NCBI RefSeq assembly: GCF_009914755.1
Contig: NC_060947.1
Length of the DNA stretch: 64,000 bases
Reading direction: 5' to 3' (one strand)
DNA from: the human T2T-CHM13v2.0 reference genome, Homo sapiens
Position numbers and translations under genes: made by a program. The stretch's first letter is position 1, and each line of letters starts with the position of its first letter. The notes under the pieces are model-generated. The model made no database searches. It was not told where the DNA came from and worked only from the letters and a program-made list of their open reading frames with translations. Below are positions 24,916 through 43,774 of the stretch, piece after piece.

Positions 24916-26776
24916 AAAAACCCTCCTCACAAGGTGATTTTAAGGACTCAATTAGATGACCTATAGACAATGCCTAGTATACAGCAGAGGTAAGTAAGCG
25001 TCAGACTCTGTCCTGCTTCTTGCCCTATATGTGTCCCTATTCTTATGTCTCCTGTGTATTATAATCATTCCTCAAGACCCAGCTAAAATCTCAACCCTCT
25101 GAACACCCTAGTAGGTATATGTAATTCACATCCATGTAAATGTTCGTGAAGTTCTTATATATTAATATGTACGTTTTTTAAAAAATTCATCCATCTAGCC
25201 ATTCTGGTGAGCAAGATATATATGTAAAGAAATAATGATAATACAGTGTGATTGGTGTTCTAATTAAGGAAGAAACAAAACACTATTCATGTGCACACAT
25301 ATGAATTGTCTCTCCATTTAGTCTGCATCTTACGTTCTGGACATGTCATTCCCCTTAACATCAGACTGGGTATACAGAATTGCAGCAGAAAAAATTAACC
25401 AAAATGATAATAATAATCCAATTCTTCTAATATACTTTATACTATTCAAAGCACTCTCCCAGACGATAACTGCTTAATGTTTACAATAAGCTTGAGAGAG
25501 ATGAATAAATAGGTCTTATTATCCCCATTTTACAGAGAAGGAAACTGAGGTTCAGAAAAGTAAACTGATTCATCCACAACCATAGGTTAAATGGTAGAGT
25601 GAGGGCTGAAACCCATACCTCCTGTTTCCACACCCACTGCCTTTCCAGTTGTCTGCTGTTTTGTTATCATTGGTAATATAAAAATTATAAATTATAATAA
25701 TAATAGTAATGGTAATACAATAGTACTGGCAAAATTTTTTTAGCTAACCTTTATTGAACAGTTGTTCTGTTCCAGGTACTGTGATACTGTACTCAGTGCT
25801 TTATGCACATTTTCTCATTCAACACTGGCCACAATCTTGCAAGACAGAAAGTATTATCTCCGTTCTACAGCTGAGGAAACAGAGACTCAGAGATGAAAAG
25901 TAACTTCATAGTTGATCAGTCCATCTGATTTCTGAAACCTATGTAGTCCCAACTACCACTGTTCTTCAACCCTAGTGAAACATTAGAAATATGTAAGGAG
26001 CTTTAAAATTGTAAAGTACCTGGACCCCACCCTCATACGTCCTAGTTTTATTGATTAGGATGGATCCTGAGCATGGGTATTTTTAAAAGCTTCCCAAGTG
26101 ATGCTATGTGCAGCCAAGATTGAGGACCATTAAGCCATATGATGTTGCTTCCTCACTGCACCCCACAGAGTAGCAGAGCTGAGAGTGCTGCCCCATTTCC
26201 ACTGGTTACTGCTGGGAGGCGGAGTTGTGGAGGGGAAGGCAGTAATTGTAAAGAAATGATATGCTGGACTGTTAGAGCTGGAAAACATGTCTACCTGAAA
26301 CCATGCCTTGATGAGTGAACCAGATGACATCCCTAAAATATGAACCCTATTCATTCCCAAGTTATAGCCACATCCTAATGAACATGAACCTAGGGCCTTG
26401 GAAAACAAACATCATTAACCTCATTTCCTCTTGGGCCCTTTATTGCTACCTCCAAATGATTATTCATTACAAGTAAAGCTTTGAGGTAGCAGCAAAGGAT
26501 TTTCTTGGCTGAAGACACCGATGTTGTTCTCTCTTGCCTCTAATGTGTCTCAGTCACAGTTAAGCCACAGTATCAAACTGGTGAGGCAGAAAGGGGAGAG
26601 TCATGTAACTGGTAGTCAAGAAACCTGGATTCTATGATTAATACTAAAACTAACTTTCTGTGTGACCTTCAGCGGATCATTTCCTTACCAGTATAACATG
26701 GGGATTGGACTGTTTTTCCAGATGAATGAGCCAATGATCTAAGTCTATAAGCCTCTATCTCTCCCAGCTGACTTTT

Positions 26777-26890
26777 TATTTTTTAAAAATATACTTCAAG
26801 TTCTAGGGTACGTGTGCACAATGTGCAGGCTCGTTACATAGGCTCGTTACATGTGCCATGCTGGCCTGCTGGACTGACTTAAATGTTAGA
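26777..26890 (-). mobile_element. Very short L1PA 3'-end insertion (about 114 bp)
   Basis: Reverse L1 3' terminus (tatacttcaagttctagggtacgtgtgcac) with 14-bp TSD cccagctgactttt at 26763-76 and 26891-904. Confidence 0.8.
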
Positions 26891-27056
26891 CCCAGCTGAC
26901 TTTTATAGGCTGTTTTTGAAGTACTCTACATGTACTTAACCTGCTTTAAAATAATTAATCCCTCTGTCTCTCTCTTTTTCTCTCTCTGAAACCTAAATTG
27001 AACGGTATTCAATATGGGGGTTTTGTGAGGGCTTTTGTGCCCAACCCTACACTCTA

Positions 27057-27090
27057 ACACACACACACACACACACACACAAAGACACAC
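27057..27090 (+). repeat. (CA)n microsatellite
   Basis: Directly visible. Confidence 0.9.
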
Positions 27091-30000
27091 AAATGACCCC
27101 TGCCCTCTAGGAGCTCAAAACTGAGTTGGGGGATATAAGTCATATTCATGGGAAACAAGTGTGAATACTATAAACCAGCATCCACATTAGAGGGTCAATC
27201 TTGGGTGCCAAAATATGTGAATCAAGGGAGAGCTAACTGGGGTAGGATTGTCAGAAGGCTTCATGGACAGAATGAGACTTGAGTTAGACCTTGAGGTTAG
27301 TTCGCCTCTTCCTAGGTGTTTGGCATGGTAGGGACAGGTTGTGGGTTGAAAATATAACTCTGAACTCTTTTATGCCATCTACATTTTAGGCTTGAGGCTT
27401 CTCAAAGGGCCTCGAATACAGAAGAGTAGACACCCCATCTTCCATGTCTGCCATTTCCTAAGAGGTTGTTACCTAGTAATACTACCACTTCTTAAGCCTC
27501 TATTATTTTACCAGATTCTTTGTATACCTAATCTAATTTAATCCATGCAAAATCCTTGCCTTCAATGGTGGTATTGTCCCCACTTACAGTTGAGAAAACT
27601 GGCTCAAAGAAGTAAAGCTGAACTAACTAAGATCAAGTAGCTAGTAATAGTCTCCTATGAAAGCAAAACAACTGCTATCATTTACTGAGTACTCTTGATG
27701 TGCTAGGCATGTAGAGGACTCACTTTGTTGTTATAGCAATCCTATGGGCGCAAATACTATCCTCATTATACAAATGAGAAAACTAAGGTTTAGAGAGGTT
27801 GTAACCTGCCCAAAGTCCCACAGCTAGGAAGAGGCAGAGCCAGGATTCAAACTCACATCTGGAAGATTCAGGAGCCTGAGCTTTTAACCACTAAGTCACT
27901 TGAGCCTATAGGCTTTCCACCAAGCTGTACTTCTTTTTAATTTCTTTTCAACTTTGGTCCGAAACCTGGCTTTTACTACAAACTTGATCTCCTTCTCAAG
28001 CCCCACCTGTTCCCTCTCTCTCTAATCTCTGTCAAATGACCATAACCAAAGAATCTTAACATTTGCAGAGTTCTTGGGACCTGATGGTCATCAGTATTCA
28101 ACCTTAGCAACTTTTTTCCACCTTTCCTTATATTCCTCTATACCCAACCTGAAGGCACAGAGTAGGAGGAGGTTGATTCCTCTTGTAGATTCCCCCAGTC
28201 ACCTAGAATTACCTCTTTTTTTCTATGACACTCCTCCATGCTCACCTTAAAGCCTTCCTGCTTCCTTAGCCATTATTTATCCTTATAAAACAATTTGGCG
28301 TTAGGCTCCAAGAAAAGTAGAGAATAAAAACCAAACAGTAGATTATTAAAGCATAAGTCCAAACAAGAAAATGTGGATAATGGCCAGCAACACCCATTAC
28401 TGCAAGAGCAAGTCTGTTCCTAATACTTTTAGAGTAGATGCAAATGCCACTCATAACATTAGTCACCTCAGTGGAGAATTAATGGCTCTGTGACTGAGCA
28501 AGGCCTTACAAGCCCAAAAGCATGCCACCAGATGCAATCTTTCCTTTCCAGCCAAGACAGAGGAAAGGAGCTAAGAAGGGCCCCTCAACCCATATGTCAT
28601 AAAGTCCCAGTCCATGGTGTGCTCTTCACTTTCATCTCAATACCTCAGGTAGAATGAAGGTCTCCTTGCTCCATGCTCCTACTAGAATTTCTTCTCACCC
28701 CTACTAGAACATTAATCACATTGGCTGGGACTGACTGCTTGCATGCCAGTGTCACCACAAACCTTTGGAAGGCAGAGACAATGGCTTTTCATTTTTGTCT
28801 CTCCCTTTGCATATGATTATACCTGATTAAATAAACAAATACATGTAAAGTAGATGGGATATAGCCCTCCTCCCTCTTCATTACCCAAAGGAAAGTCCTA
28901 AATCCCTTTGCGGTAGCTACATGCCTGCCCTTTGCAAAGCCAGGACACCTAAGAGGCAGTAAACTCAAATGAAGGCAGAAAAAAATAGGCTTGTATAATT
29001 TTGTACCCCCCCAAAAGTAAGTGGTCCTTAGAAAAACAGAAAGGAGAAGATGGCCAACGCTGCTGAAGAAATATGGTATAAAGAAAAAGAGTCCCAATCT
29101 TGAACCCAAGAAGCTGAGGTCAAGCCCCATCTCTGCACCTTACAACCTAGGTAACTCTGAGCAAGTTGTTTTGTGTCTGTGAGCCTCTGTTTCTCCATCT
29201 ATAAAAAGGGGAGGGTAAATCATACCTCACAAGGCCTATCACAATGATTAGACGCAACAGAAGAGTGAAAGTATCAAGCTCATGTCTGGAACAGAAAAGG
29301 ATCCTTGATAAAATTCCATCAGCAAACACTATTGATTCTTATTTTAAAGTTGACTGTCATGGAAAAAAGCAATTTAACATGCACCATGCTTTTGTTATTT
29401 TTAATTGCTGAGAAAAAATGTGAAGAATGTTAAGGCCACTCAAATGTTAAGTCAATGCAAGGGGTGAAGATGGGGGCAGGACTGTGGCACAGCTGGCTCA
29501 CTAATGCAATGGAGCCTGTGTACTGATCCTCAGGATGGCAGGCAAAGTCCTAAACAACAGAGCTGAAATGGGGTGACAACTGCAAGGTACAGACTGGGCT
29601 GGCTGAGGTAACAGTTCCCTCCCTCTAATACTGCCATTCAGGCTACTGGCCAGTACCAGGAGCAAACAACTACCAGTTATAGCACAGGGTCAGAGCTGTG
29701 TGTGGCTTTTGCTTAACCGATAACTCTTCAGATGCCAGGGAATCTACTAGGAGAAGCAGCCAGAATCAGGAGGGGAGCAAGGAGGAAGTAAGAAGTGAAT
29801 AGATAGTGTAGGTTAGGTTCAAAGAGGCAACTATACCAGAGGTTTGGGGGGTTCTCCACCAAGGCCAAAACCACCTCAGTTCTGCTTTCTGTAGCCAAAG
29901 CTGGAAGCATGGGGTTTTGAAAAAAAGCTGCATCGTGCCAGCCTGTTGCTAACTGATTGAAAGCAGAAAATGAAGCCAGGCAAAGCTGAGGCCCAGATTT

Positions 30001-31029
30001 AGATAGTTAGGCTGATACTGAACAAGTCAGATCAGTACTTACATTAGCTGAGACCATTAGATCAGAGTAGCTGCCGCCAGCAGCCCAGGGTAGGACTGGA
30101 GGAAGGGGAAGAGGGGAATGCCACTGGGATTGAACTTTGCAGGAGGGAGGGAAGGAGGGCTGAGTTATTGTGTGCGCTGAGCTGATAGAATCTGGCCAGT
30201 CTCAAGGCTTGGCAACAGACAAGACAAATTTTACTGTGACGAGTATAAGTTGAGTTACCCAACCTTCTACCCAGATTGATAGGAAGGTCACGACATGACT
30301 TAAAAACAGAAGCAGAGGTCTACATTAAAGTTTTCCTTTTCTTGGCTATGTCTCAGAAGAGCCAAGTCATAGTGAGAAGAGGGACAGGGGAGGGAAATCA
30401 ATATCATATTTTGAATGCTGATTATACGCCAGATATTTTGTCATTCCTTTTAATCCTAGCAATAATAATTCTAACAGGTGAACTGTTTTCCCATTTTACA
30501 GATCTGGAAACCAAGGTACAAACAGCTTACATAAATTAACTGTGATCACATGAGTGATCACATCAGCATCAGTGGATCAAACCAGAGCATTCAGAGTCAA
30601 CTACTTGTGGAAACTGTACTGGACTTGTAGAAATTGTACTGGACCCCCTCCCATCCGCACACTGAATAGCTTTTACTAAATTGTGCTCTGAGACAATGCC
30701 ATTGGTTCATACTGAGGTTGTTATATGAAATAATCCATGGAAGAAATTTTTCCCTGGCCTCAAAACCAGAAAAGTTATGGCTTACCTGAACAATTGGCTT
30801 GCTTTTACCTTAGGAACTTAGTTATATAACCATTGGTTTCTCTCTTTTTGTTTTCTCTAGAAAGTTTGGAACCAAACCTGTGACACTGCTCCACCAAGTG
30901 TTTAAGGATTCATGGCAAATATTTTGTATACTAACTCCATTCCTGCCATTTCCTTGCTATCCTACCTTCTCCCAACCTCCCGATTCCCATTCTGGGCCTC
31001 ATGTTTTCTTATCAGTACTCTAGAATCTA

Positions 31030-31352
31030 AGGTAAAGGCCAGCAAACTTTTTCTGTAAAGTGTCAGACAGTTAATATTTTAGGCTGTGCAGGCCATGAAG
31101 TCTTTGTTGCTACTACTCAATTCTGCTGTTGTGGCATGAAAGCAGCCATAGACAACATGTAAATGAAGGGGTGTATTTATGTTTATGGACAAAGTTTGAA
31201 TTTCACAACATTTTCATGTCAAAAAATATTATTTCCTTTTTAATTCCAAACATTAAAAAATGTAAAAAAGAATTCTTAGCTTACAGGCTATATAAAAAGA
31301 GGCAGTGCAGTGGGCCCAATCGGGTCCACAGGCCATAGTCTGCCAAGCCCTC
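31030..31352. mobile_element. MER58-like DNA transposon
   Basis: gccagcaaactttttctgtaaag...ttttaggctgtgcaggccat...ggccatagtctgccaagccc. Confidence 0.7.
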
Positions 31353-32031
31353 TTATCTAAACCTCAAGAGGACAGGGACTTCATAAGTCTTATTCATTTC
31401 TATGTCTTCGGCATGTAGAATGGGGCCAGGTACATGGTCAGTACTCAATAAATATTTGTCAAATAAATTATTCTTAACCATTTTTTAAGGTTTTACATTT
31501 TGCTATATTGTGAAATTCCTTAAAGCTACAAAGTAAAAGAGCTAGGATTTAGATCCAAGCCTTTCTGATACTCAAATCCTTATTTTGTCCATTATATCTT
31601 ACTATCTTCATAGAATTGTGTCCCCTAAAACTCCCCTCTGGATTAGCCCCAGTCTCTCAACATAAGTCTCAACATGCAATAGTTAATTAAATTTGCTGAA
31701 GTCAGCCACACCTTGAATTTGCAATAATTTCAAAAATCCAGAGTTTGGCAGAAGTTGTGCCCCTTTGTCCCTATTTCTCCCAAACTGGAAAGGGAGAATG
31801 AGAAAACAAGGGTTCACAGATTCATAGCTTCTTATAGGAAGGTAAAGTGATAGTTCTGCCTCAGTGGAAAGAACGCAGGCTTTGGTGCCTGTGAGACATG
31901 GTAAGATTTAGATCCCAGCTCTGCCAGTTATTAGCTGTGAATCTTTGGCAAGTCACTTATCTACAGCAGCCTCCATTTCCAAATTAAAAAAAACAAACAA
32001 ACAAAAAAAAAAACAGGAATAATACATTCTT

Positions 32032-32330
32032 GGCCAGGTGTGGTGGCTCACGCCTGTAATCCCAGCACTTTGGGAGGCCAAGGCAGGTGGATCACCTGAG
32101 GTCGAGAGTTTGAGACCAGCCTGGCTAACATGGCAAAACCCTGTCTCTACTAAAAATACAAAAATTAGCCGGGCATGGTGGCAAGTGTCTGTAGTCCCAG
32201 CTACTCAGGAGGCTGAGGCAGGGAAATCACTTGAACCTAGGAGGCGGAGGCTGCAGTGAGCCGAGATCACGTCACTGCACTCCAGCCTGGGTGACAGAGT
32301 GAGACTCCGTCTCAAAAAAAAAAAAAAAGA
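32032..32330 (+). mobile_element. AluS inserted in a MIR, about 320 nt downstream of exon 21 in transcript orientation
   Basis: Full dimer and TSD gaataatacattctt. Confidence 0.9.
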
Positions 32331-32482
32331 AAATATTAAGAATAATACATTCTTTACAGTGGGATTGTGAGGATAAGAAATAGTATATCAGCAATTAGTA
32401 CAGTGCCAGGCACATAGCACTTGGGATATAGAGGTCAACAAAACAGGTAAAAAATCCCGGCCCTCATGGAGCTTACATTCTA

Positions 32483-33073
<591 letters not shown>

Positions 33074-33732
33074 TCAAAGCAGTTATGTCACTGTGGCACA
33101 AACCAACTATATCCCACAAAATCATTCTCTACCCTTCCCAGTTCATGTAAAGCCACAGATCCAATCCAAATAGGGAATTCAAGATCCGCGTATGATTTTC
33201 ACCACCACAATTCAATAAGCCACAGTAAACCAAGAGGTTTTATTAAAGGAATATGTCACTCAAAAAAGACTTAAAGTCCCCAGTCAATGGCATATTCTAT
33301 TCTTTGCAAATGAAGACATCATCAGTTAATTCTTAACCACTTCTCTGAAAAGTATTTTGTTAAGGTCTCTCAAATTTTAAGTTAATCAACATAACATACT
33401 TTAACTTCGTTCTCCAACCCGGAAGGAAACCTCCAACTGTTCTTTCCCCAGCTTTTGTGGTCTACAATTTCCTCTGACATTAGTACATGTCTTTCAGTGG
33501 TTCTGAGACTTACTTAAAGCTTTTGAGACCCTAATGAGACCTAGGGACCATCTCTCTAGAAAAATTAACCCACACAAATATAGCAAAAATTTTGAAAACT
33601 AATTTTTTAGTGATTCACAGAGCCTTCTGAAGCTGTCAATAAACCCCAGATTGAGAATGCCTGCTGTAAAGAAATTGTCACCTTCCATAGTCATAAAAAA
33701 CTTCGAGTGCAGTGGTTAAGAACAGAGGTTCC

Positions 33733-33947
33733 AATGAGAACACTTGGACACACGAAGGGGAACATCACACACCAGGGCCTGTTGTGAGGTGGGCGGAGGG
33801 GGGAGGGAAAGCATTAGGAGATATACCTAATGTAAATGATGAGTTAATGGGTGCAGCACACCAACATGGCACATGTATACATATGTAACAAACCTGCACG
33901 TTGTGCACATGTACCCTAGAACTTAAAGTATAATAATAATAAAAAAA
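33733..33947 (+). mobile_element. Short 5'-truncated L1PA (3'UTR only)
   Basis: L1 3'UTR with 15-bp TSD aagaacagaggttcc at 33718-32 and 33948-62. Confidence 0.9.
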
Positions 33948-36869
33948 AAGAACAGAGGTTCCGGCCAGCAAATTGAAACCTGAGATATATATCAACCAAT
34001 TGCAATACATGGATCTTATTTAGATCTTGATTTTTTTTTTAACAAAATGAGATAATAGGAGAATGTGGATACTGACTGGATAGCTGATCTTAAGGAATCA
34101 CTGTTTTGTTTTATTTTAAGTATGATGATGATATTGCGGTTTTGCTTTTAAAAGAGTTCCTTTCTTTTAGAGATATACACTGAAACATTTACAAATGAAA
34201 TGACATGATGAGTAGGTTGGGGGAACGGGTAGGGGTATAGATGAAATAAGACTTGATATATGTTTTTAAATGCTGAAATGTGGGGAGTTCAATACGTTTG
34301 TTTCCAATTTCTGTTTATGTTTGGAATTCTTCGCAATAAAATGTTAAAAGAAATGCAGGCTCTGAAGCCAGGTGGCCAGGTCTGAATCTCAGTTCTGCTT
34401 CTTACCGACTGTGAGACCTCGTACAAGTTCCCTATTCTCTCTGTACCTCAAATTTTCTCCTCAGTAAAACGGGAATAATAAAGAATACCGGTCTCATGAG
34501 GTTATGGTGAGGATTACAGGAGATGGTAGGTATACTTATTTCAGTGCCTGGCACATAACAGACACTCATTAATTGGTGGTTATTATTTACACTATTATGT
34601 GGTGGGTGGGCAGTGAGGCAAAAGTTTCCATGGGGGAAGTCTTGCTGCAAAGGTTTTTGTCCCCTAGACAGTTTTATTCTCCTTGGGAATTTGCCACCAC
34701 TGATGCCACTGCCAAAGGGGCCGGAACCAAGGGGAGTTCCCCTATAGTCTCCCTAATTTTGTCCCAAAGTAGACACATAGCCCTTTATTTATTAACCCTA
34801 GCATAAGTGCAACCAGACAGAGGCCATCAAACAAAAAACTACCAAAGGCTCACAAATAATGGCATGAACATGAGCACAAGAGCGCCAAATAACTAGAGCC
34901 TCTGGCTTCCAGGACGTGCCTTGTGGCAGAGGCCATCTTTAAACACAGCACTCAGGAGTAACTCAAGCACATCTACTCTCTCCAAACAATAAAGTGCATG
35001 GTGACATAAATTCTTTCACTCACATGCTTTAGCCCAACATCTCAGCTGCATGTTCCTATCTGAATACTTTCTTCTGGACAAGTGACTCCATCTCTGCTCT
35101 CCCTTAGGGAAATAAAGGTTGCCTGTGCCCTACAGGCCATAGAGTAACATCACCATCTCAAGAGAGCCAATCTTCATAAAGAGGACCCACATACACAGCC
35201 TCAGAGAGGCTGCTACCTTCCACTCAGGAAAGTATCTTCTGCTGGCTCGGGAAAATAGGAAATGTAATGATAGAAGCCATGATGACTTCGGAGCCAGGCC
35301 TTTCAGCAGGGAAACTATTTCTAGGTTCTGGGGTATGGTGAATAAAAATAATGATAATAGTGACAATGACAGTAATAATGAGAATAATACTGATAAAGAC
35401 AACACATACCATTACTTGAGCACTTATACCATGGCAGACCCTGTTCTAAGTGCTTTACCTGGATTATCTCATGTAATCCTCAAAACAGCTCTATAAAGTA
35501 GTACATTGTTACTAGCCCCATTTTACAGATAAGGAATCTAAGACACCCGCAGTCTCCATGTCACAAAACTACTAAGTGGAAACGCCAAATTTCAAATCTT
35601 GAAGTCTGCTTCCAGAGTCTACTTACTCTTTCTGAAGAGAGTTCATTGCTCTGTCAGGTAATAAAAGTTCGGTGCCATCCCCTTTCCCTAACCAGCCACC
35701 CATTTCTACAGGAAAACACACAGACAAGTCTCAGGGACTACGAAGAACTGGGAGTGAATCAGGATGAGACAGGGAGGCCTCATAAATAGGCATGGGGCCA
35801 ACCCTTAAAGTGGAGGCCTCTCTTCCATGGGTGGGTAAGAGGTGGGGAGAAGCTTTGAGAGGATACACACTGGTACAGTAATAGAAATAAATCAATTATT
35901 ATAATACATGTAGATTCATGCAAATAAGTGCTAGGAGTAAGACAGTACTAATACTGACTGCAAGGATTAGAGAGGGTCTTTATAAAACAGGTAACTTTTA
36001 AGCTGGGCCTTGAAGAATTCCAAAAGGTGGAGCAAAGTAGAAAGGGCATTCAAACAAAAAACAACTTGGAGGAGTGAAAGACCATGCTTTGCCTAAGAAA
36101 ATATAATTACAAGTTTGGTTTGGCTTGAGCATAGGGACCAATTACAGATGAAAAAGTGTGGGTAGCTGGAGGTGAGGTTGTTGCAATAAGTTGGGGCTAT
36201 ATCATGAAGTCCATGAATGCCATGCTCAGGAATACAAACTCTGCCTTTGAGTCACAGAAGACAATGATTTTGGGGGGCAGAGGGCTGGGGGTGGGGAGAA
36301 GTGGCATTATCAAATATGCATTTTTAAACATCCCTTTGGGTTCATTACGAAAAGTAATGAAAAATAGGCTCGTTCCAATGAAAAGTAGCTTGGACCAGAA
36401 AGACTGGTGGCAGAAAGACAAGCTAGGGGACCGCTGTTGAGAAGGATCCAAACTAGAGCTGCGTCAGAAAAGAGAGGCAGATTCAAGAGAGGTTAAAGAA
36501 GTGGAATAATCAGGGCTTAGTTATGGAGGTGTGATGGAGTCCATGACGAGGGTGAAAGGAGTCACTGACATACTATATACAAAAGGGATATCAAATTTCA
36601 GAGTGAGATAATGAGATGCTACTGGTGAGCAGGATTGGTTCCTTCTCAGAACAGTGTTCAGACAGGTTATAGGAAGTGTGATATTATAGTAAATAAATAA
36701 GCTTTAGGATAAGATAGATGAGTGCAAATTGTTCTGTCATTTAGTAGCTGTGTTAGTTGGGAAAACTACTCATCATCTTTGAGCTTCCAGTGCCTTCACT
36801 ATAGAACAGAATTCAGCATACCTACCTCGCATGGGAGTGCTGAACATTAAATGAGATTATGGATTCACA

Positions 36870-37880
<1,011 letters not shown>

Positions 37881-38329
37881 ATAAAAAATGTCTAGACTGG
37901 GTAACCTCATTGGAGATCTTCTGTCCCAAAGCCCTCATCACCACAGAGGGGCAAATTGAGGTCCAGAGAGGGGAAGTGACTAGCTCAAGTTATTCAGCAG
38001 GCTAGTAGCCAAGATTAAATTAGACCTTCTATCTACTGACACACAGTTCATTCATTTTTTGCACTCATTTATTAAGGAATTACTATATGCCTGGCACTGT
38101 GCCCATGCTTTGGATATAGTAAAAAAAACAAGTGGCCACTGGCATAGAGTTTATATTTGGGGAGACTGTAAATAAACAAACCCATTCTGTAAAAATGAGA
38201 CTATGGAACAACAGACAGGCATCCAATGTTCCCCTCCACTTTCTCCTGAATGCCAGCTCACCTCCTCTGTCAAAGAGTTGATCCCTTAACCTAAGTGATA
38301 ATCTCTTCATCATTCCTTATACATCCACT

Positions 38330-41460
<3,131 letters not shown>

Positions 41461-41938
41461 GGGTGTAGTCTCCACACTAGCAATTATTCCACTGAAGGCA
41501 TTTATTTCTTCACTTATCTATGTCTCCATTTCTTCTGTGAGGGCAAGCAATGTATCTTAATTTCACCTAGCACAGTACCTGGCACATAGTAGTTATCCAA
41601 TCCGTGTTTGCTATATTTGAATTTAAAATTTCACAACATTCACCTTGCTCACCCATTTCAATATATTGGGGGCATAAATCTAAGAACACCTTGGATCCTG
41701 CACTGGCCTTATAGGGATCCTCCACGTGGTAACTTCCTTTACAAGCTCATCACCATCCTATCTGCTGTCAAAGGCTTAATCCCCTCTCTGAGCACAAACT
41801 ACAAACCCTGGCTGCTTTTAAGCTCAGGAGCCAGGAAAGGTCTACTTTTATAGAGAGAAAAATGGTCATGCCACCGCTTCTGCCCTTCGATATCCTCTTT
41901 GTGTCTAATCACCATTCAGAAGCTAAAGGTGAACCTCA

Positions 41939-42133
<195 letters not shown>

Positions 42134-43774
42134 TCAAGTTTTTGTCTTCTGAATGCTACCCACCAGTTGATGCTTGTTGGCCTTATATCTAGAGTTTGTA
42201 ACGTGAATACTAACATGACTCAAAGAATCAGAGATTTTCTTAATCACTCTAGCTACAGGTAAATGTTTAGGTATCTCCTACTATGTTCAAGGCACAGAAC
42301 CTGGCACTTCTCAGTTTGGAAGAAAAAATGCCTATAAAAGATGGCATTAGTCCTGGATTTTCCATGTCCTTCCTGGGAGACCTTAGGCAAGTCACCTCAC
42401 TTCTCTGAGCCTTGGCTTTCTCATCCGTAACATAGGGACAGCATCACCCACTTCACAGAGTGTGGTAAGAAAGAAATTAAAGGAGCTGTCAAGGTGCCTT
42501 CTATGGGTGGGGGTAGGACATGGAAGGAGACTAAACACAATTACATGCCCATATGCCTTAAATAGTTCTGAAGGGATACCAAAGAATCTGATTACATTGT
42601 TTGTCTCAAGGTAGGACTAATGATTGGCTGGGGAATACAGGGAGAACAACTGTGTTTTCCCTCCTATGTCACTTTGTTCTTTTATAATTTCATGCCATGG
42701 TACATTATCTATTCAATAAAAAGTAAAATAAAATTAAAAAGCAACAACACAGTGCCTTGGATGCTATAAGAAGTGCCGAAGGCATGCAGAAGGAGCTGTG
42801 ATTAGAATTTTTATATAATGTCTCATGTGTACTTAAGGATTTTCCAGTCTCCATGGAGACCAACCTTTTAGCCCAAGTGCATACACTATGGGATGATACA
42901 CATATGTGATGGAGAAAGGAGACCACTGTCTAGCCAGTGAGACTAACAAAATCAACCCCAGTGATTAGTGTAAAGAGAAATGTCAGAGCCCAATATCCCA
43001 TCAGGCAAGGGTCAACACAGACTACATGGGCATGGAAATAACATGATTGAGAACACAAGGCAAGCTGTGTAAAAGGTGGACAATGATAAGAAACAATGCA
43101 TGAACAATCACAAACCGTGAGTATATGCCTCATGATTGTAAGGAAGACAAAATGTAACTTAACAGCAAGCAGATTAATGTTGAGGCCATACGGTTCTAGG
43201 TCATATTCCTAATTCCACCATCATTAGTAATAATAGTCTAAAGAGCCACCATTTTGTGAGCTCAAACACTGTAGTAGTTGTTACAAATATTCCTTGCTAT
43301 TTTTCGAATACATGAGGTCGTTGCACTGACTGTTTCTTCCACCCAGACTGATCTTCCTTCAGATATCCATTCTTCTAGGATTCTAATCAAACATACTCTG
43401 CTCAGTAAGCCCTTCCAGGTCAATATATTTAAAACAATGACATGCCTCCCTCTACGCAAGCATTCCTATCTTCCTTCCATTTTAATTTTTTTTCTCTTCA
43501 GCATTTCCTATCACTTTCTAACATATAACACGTTTTACTTATTGATTTTGTTTGCTGTCTGTCTCCAAGCTAGATTTTACACAACATAGAAGCATGTCTG
43601 TCATGTTCACTGCTCTATCTCCACCACCTAGAAGAGGGACTGGAATTGCTGAGGCAAAAAACAAATACATTTGCAATTCTAATGTAAAAGGCCAAACTGT
43701 CACCTGAAAATACTACTACTATTAACAGCTACTAACTACTACTACTAAAATACTACTACAAACAGCTACTATCT

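Noticed and set aside
43705-43772. Repeated tactactac/aaacagctact units
   Set aside because: Short low-complexity duplication at an L1 boundary with no further structure.
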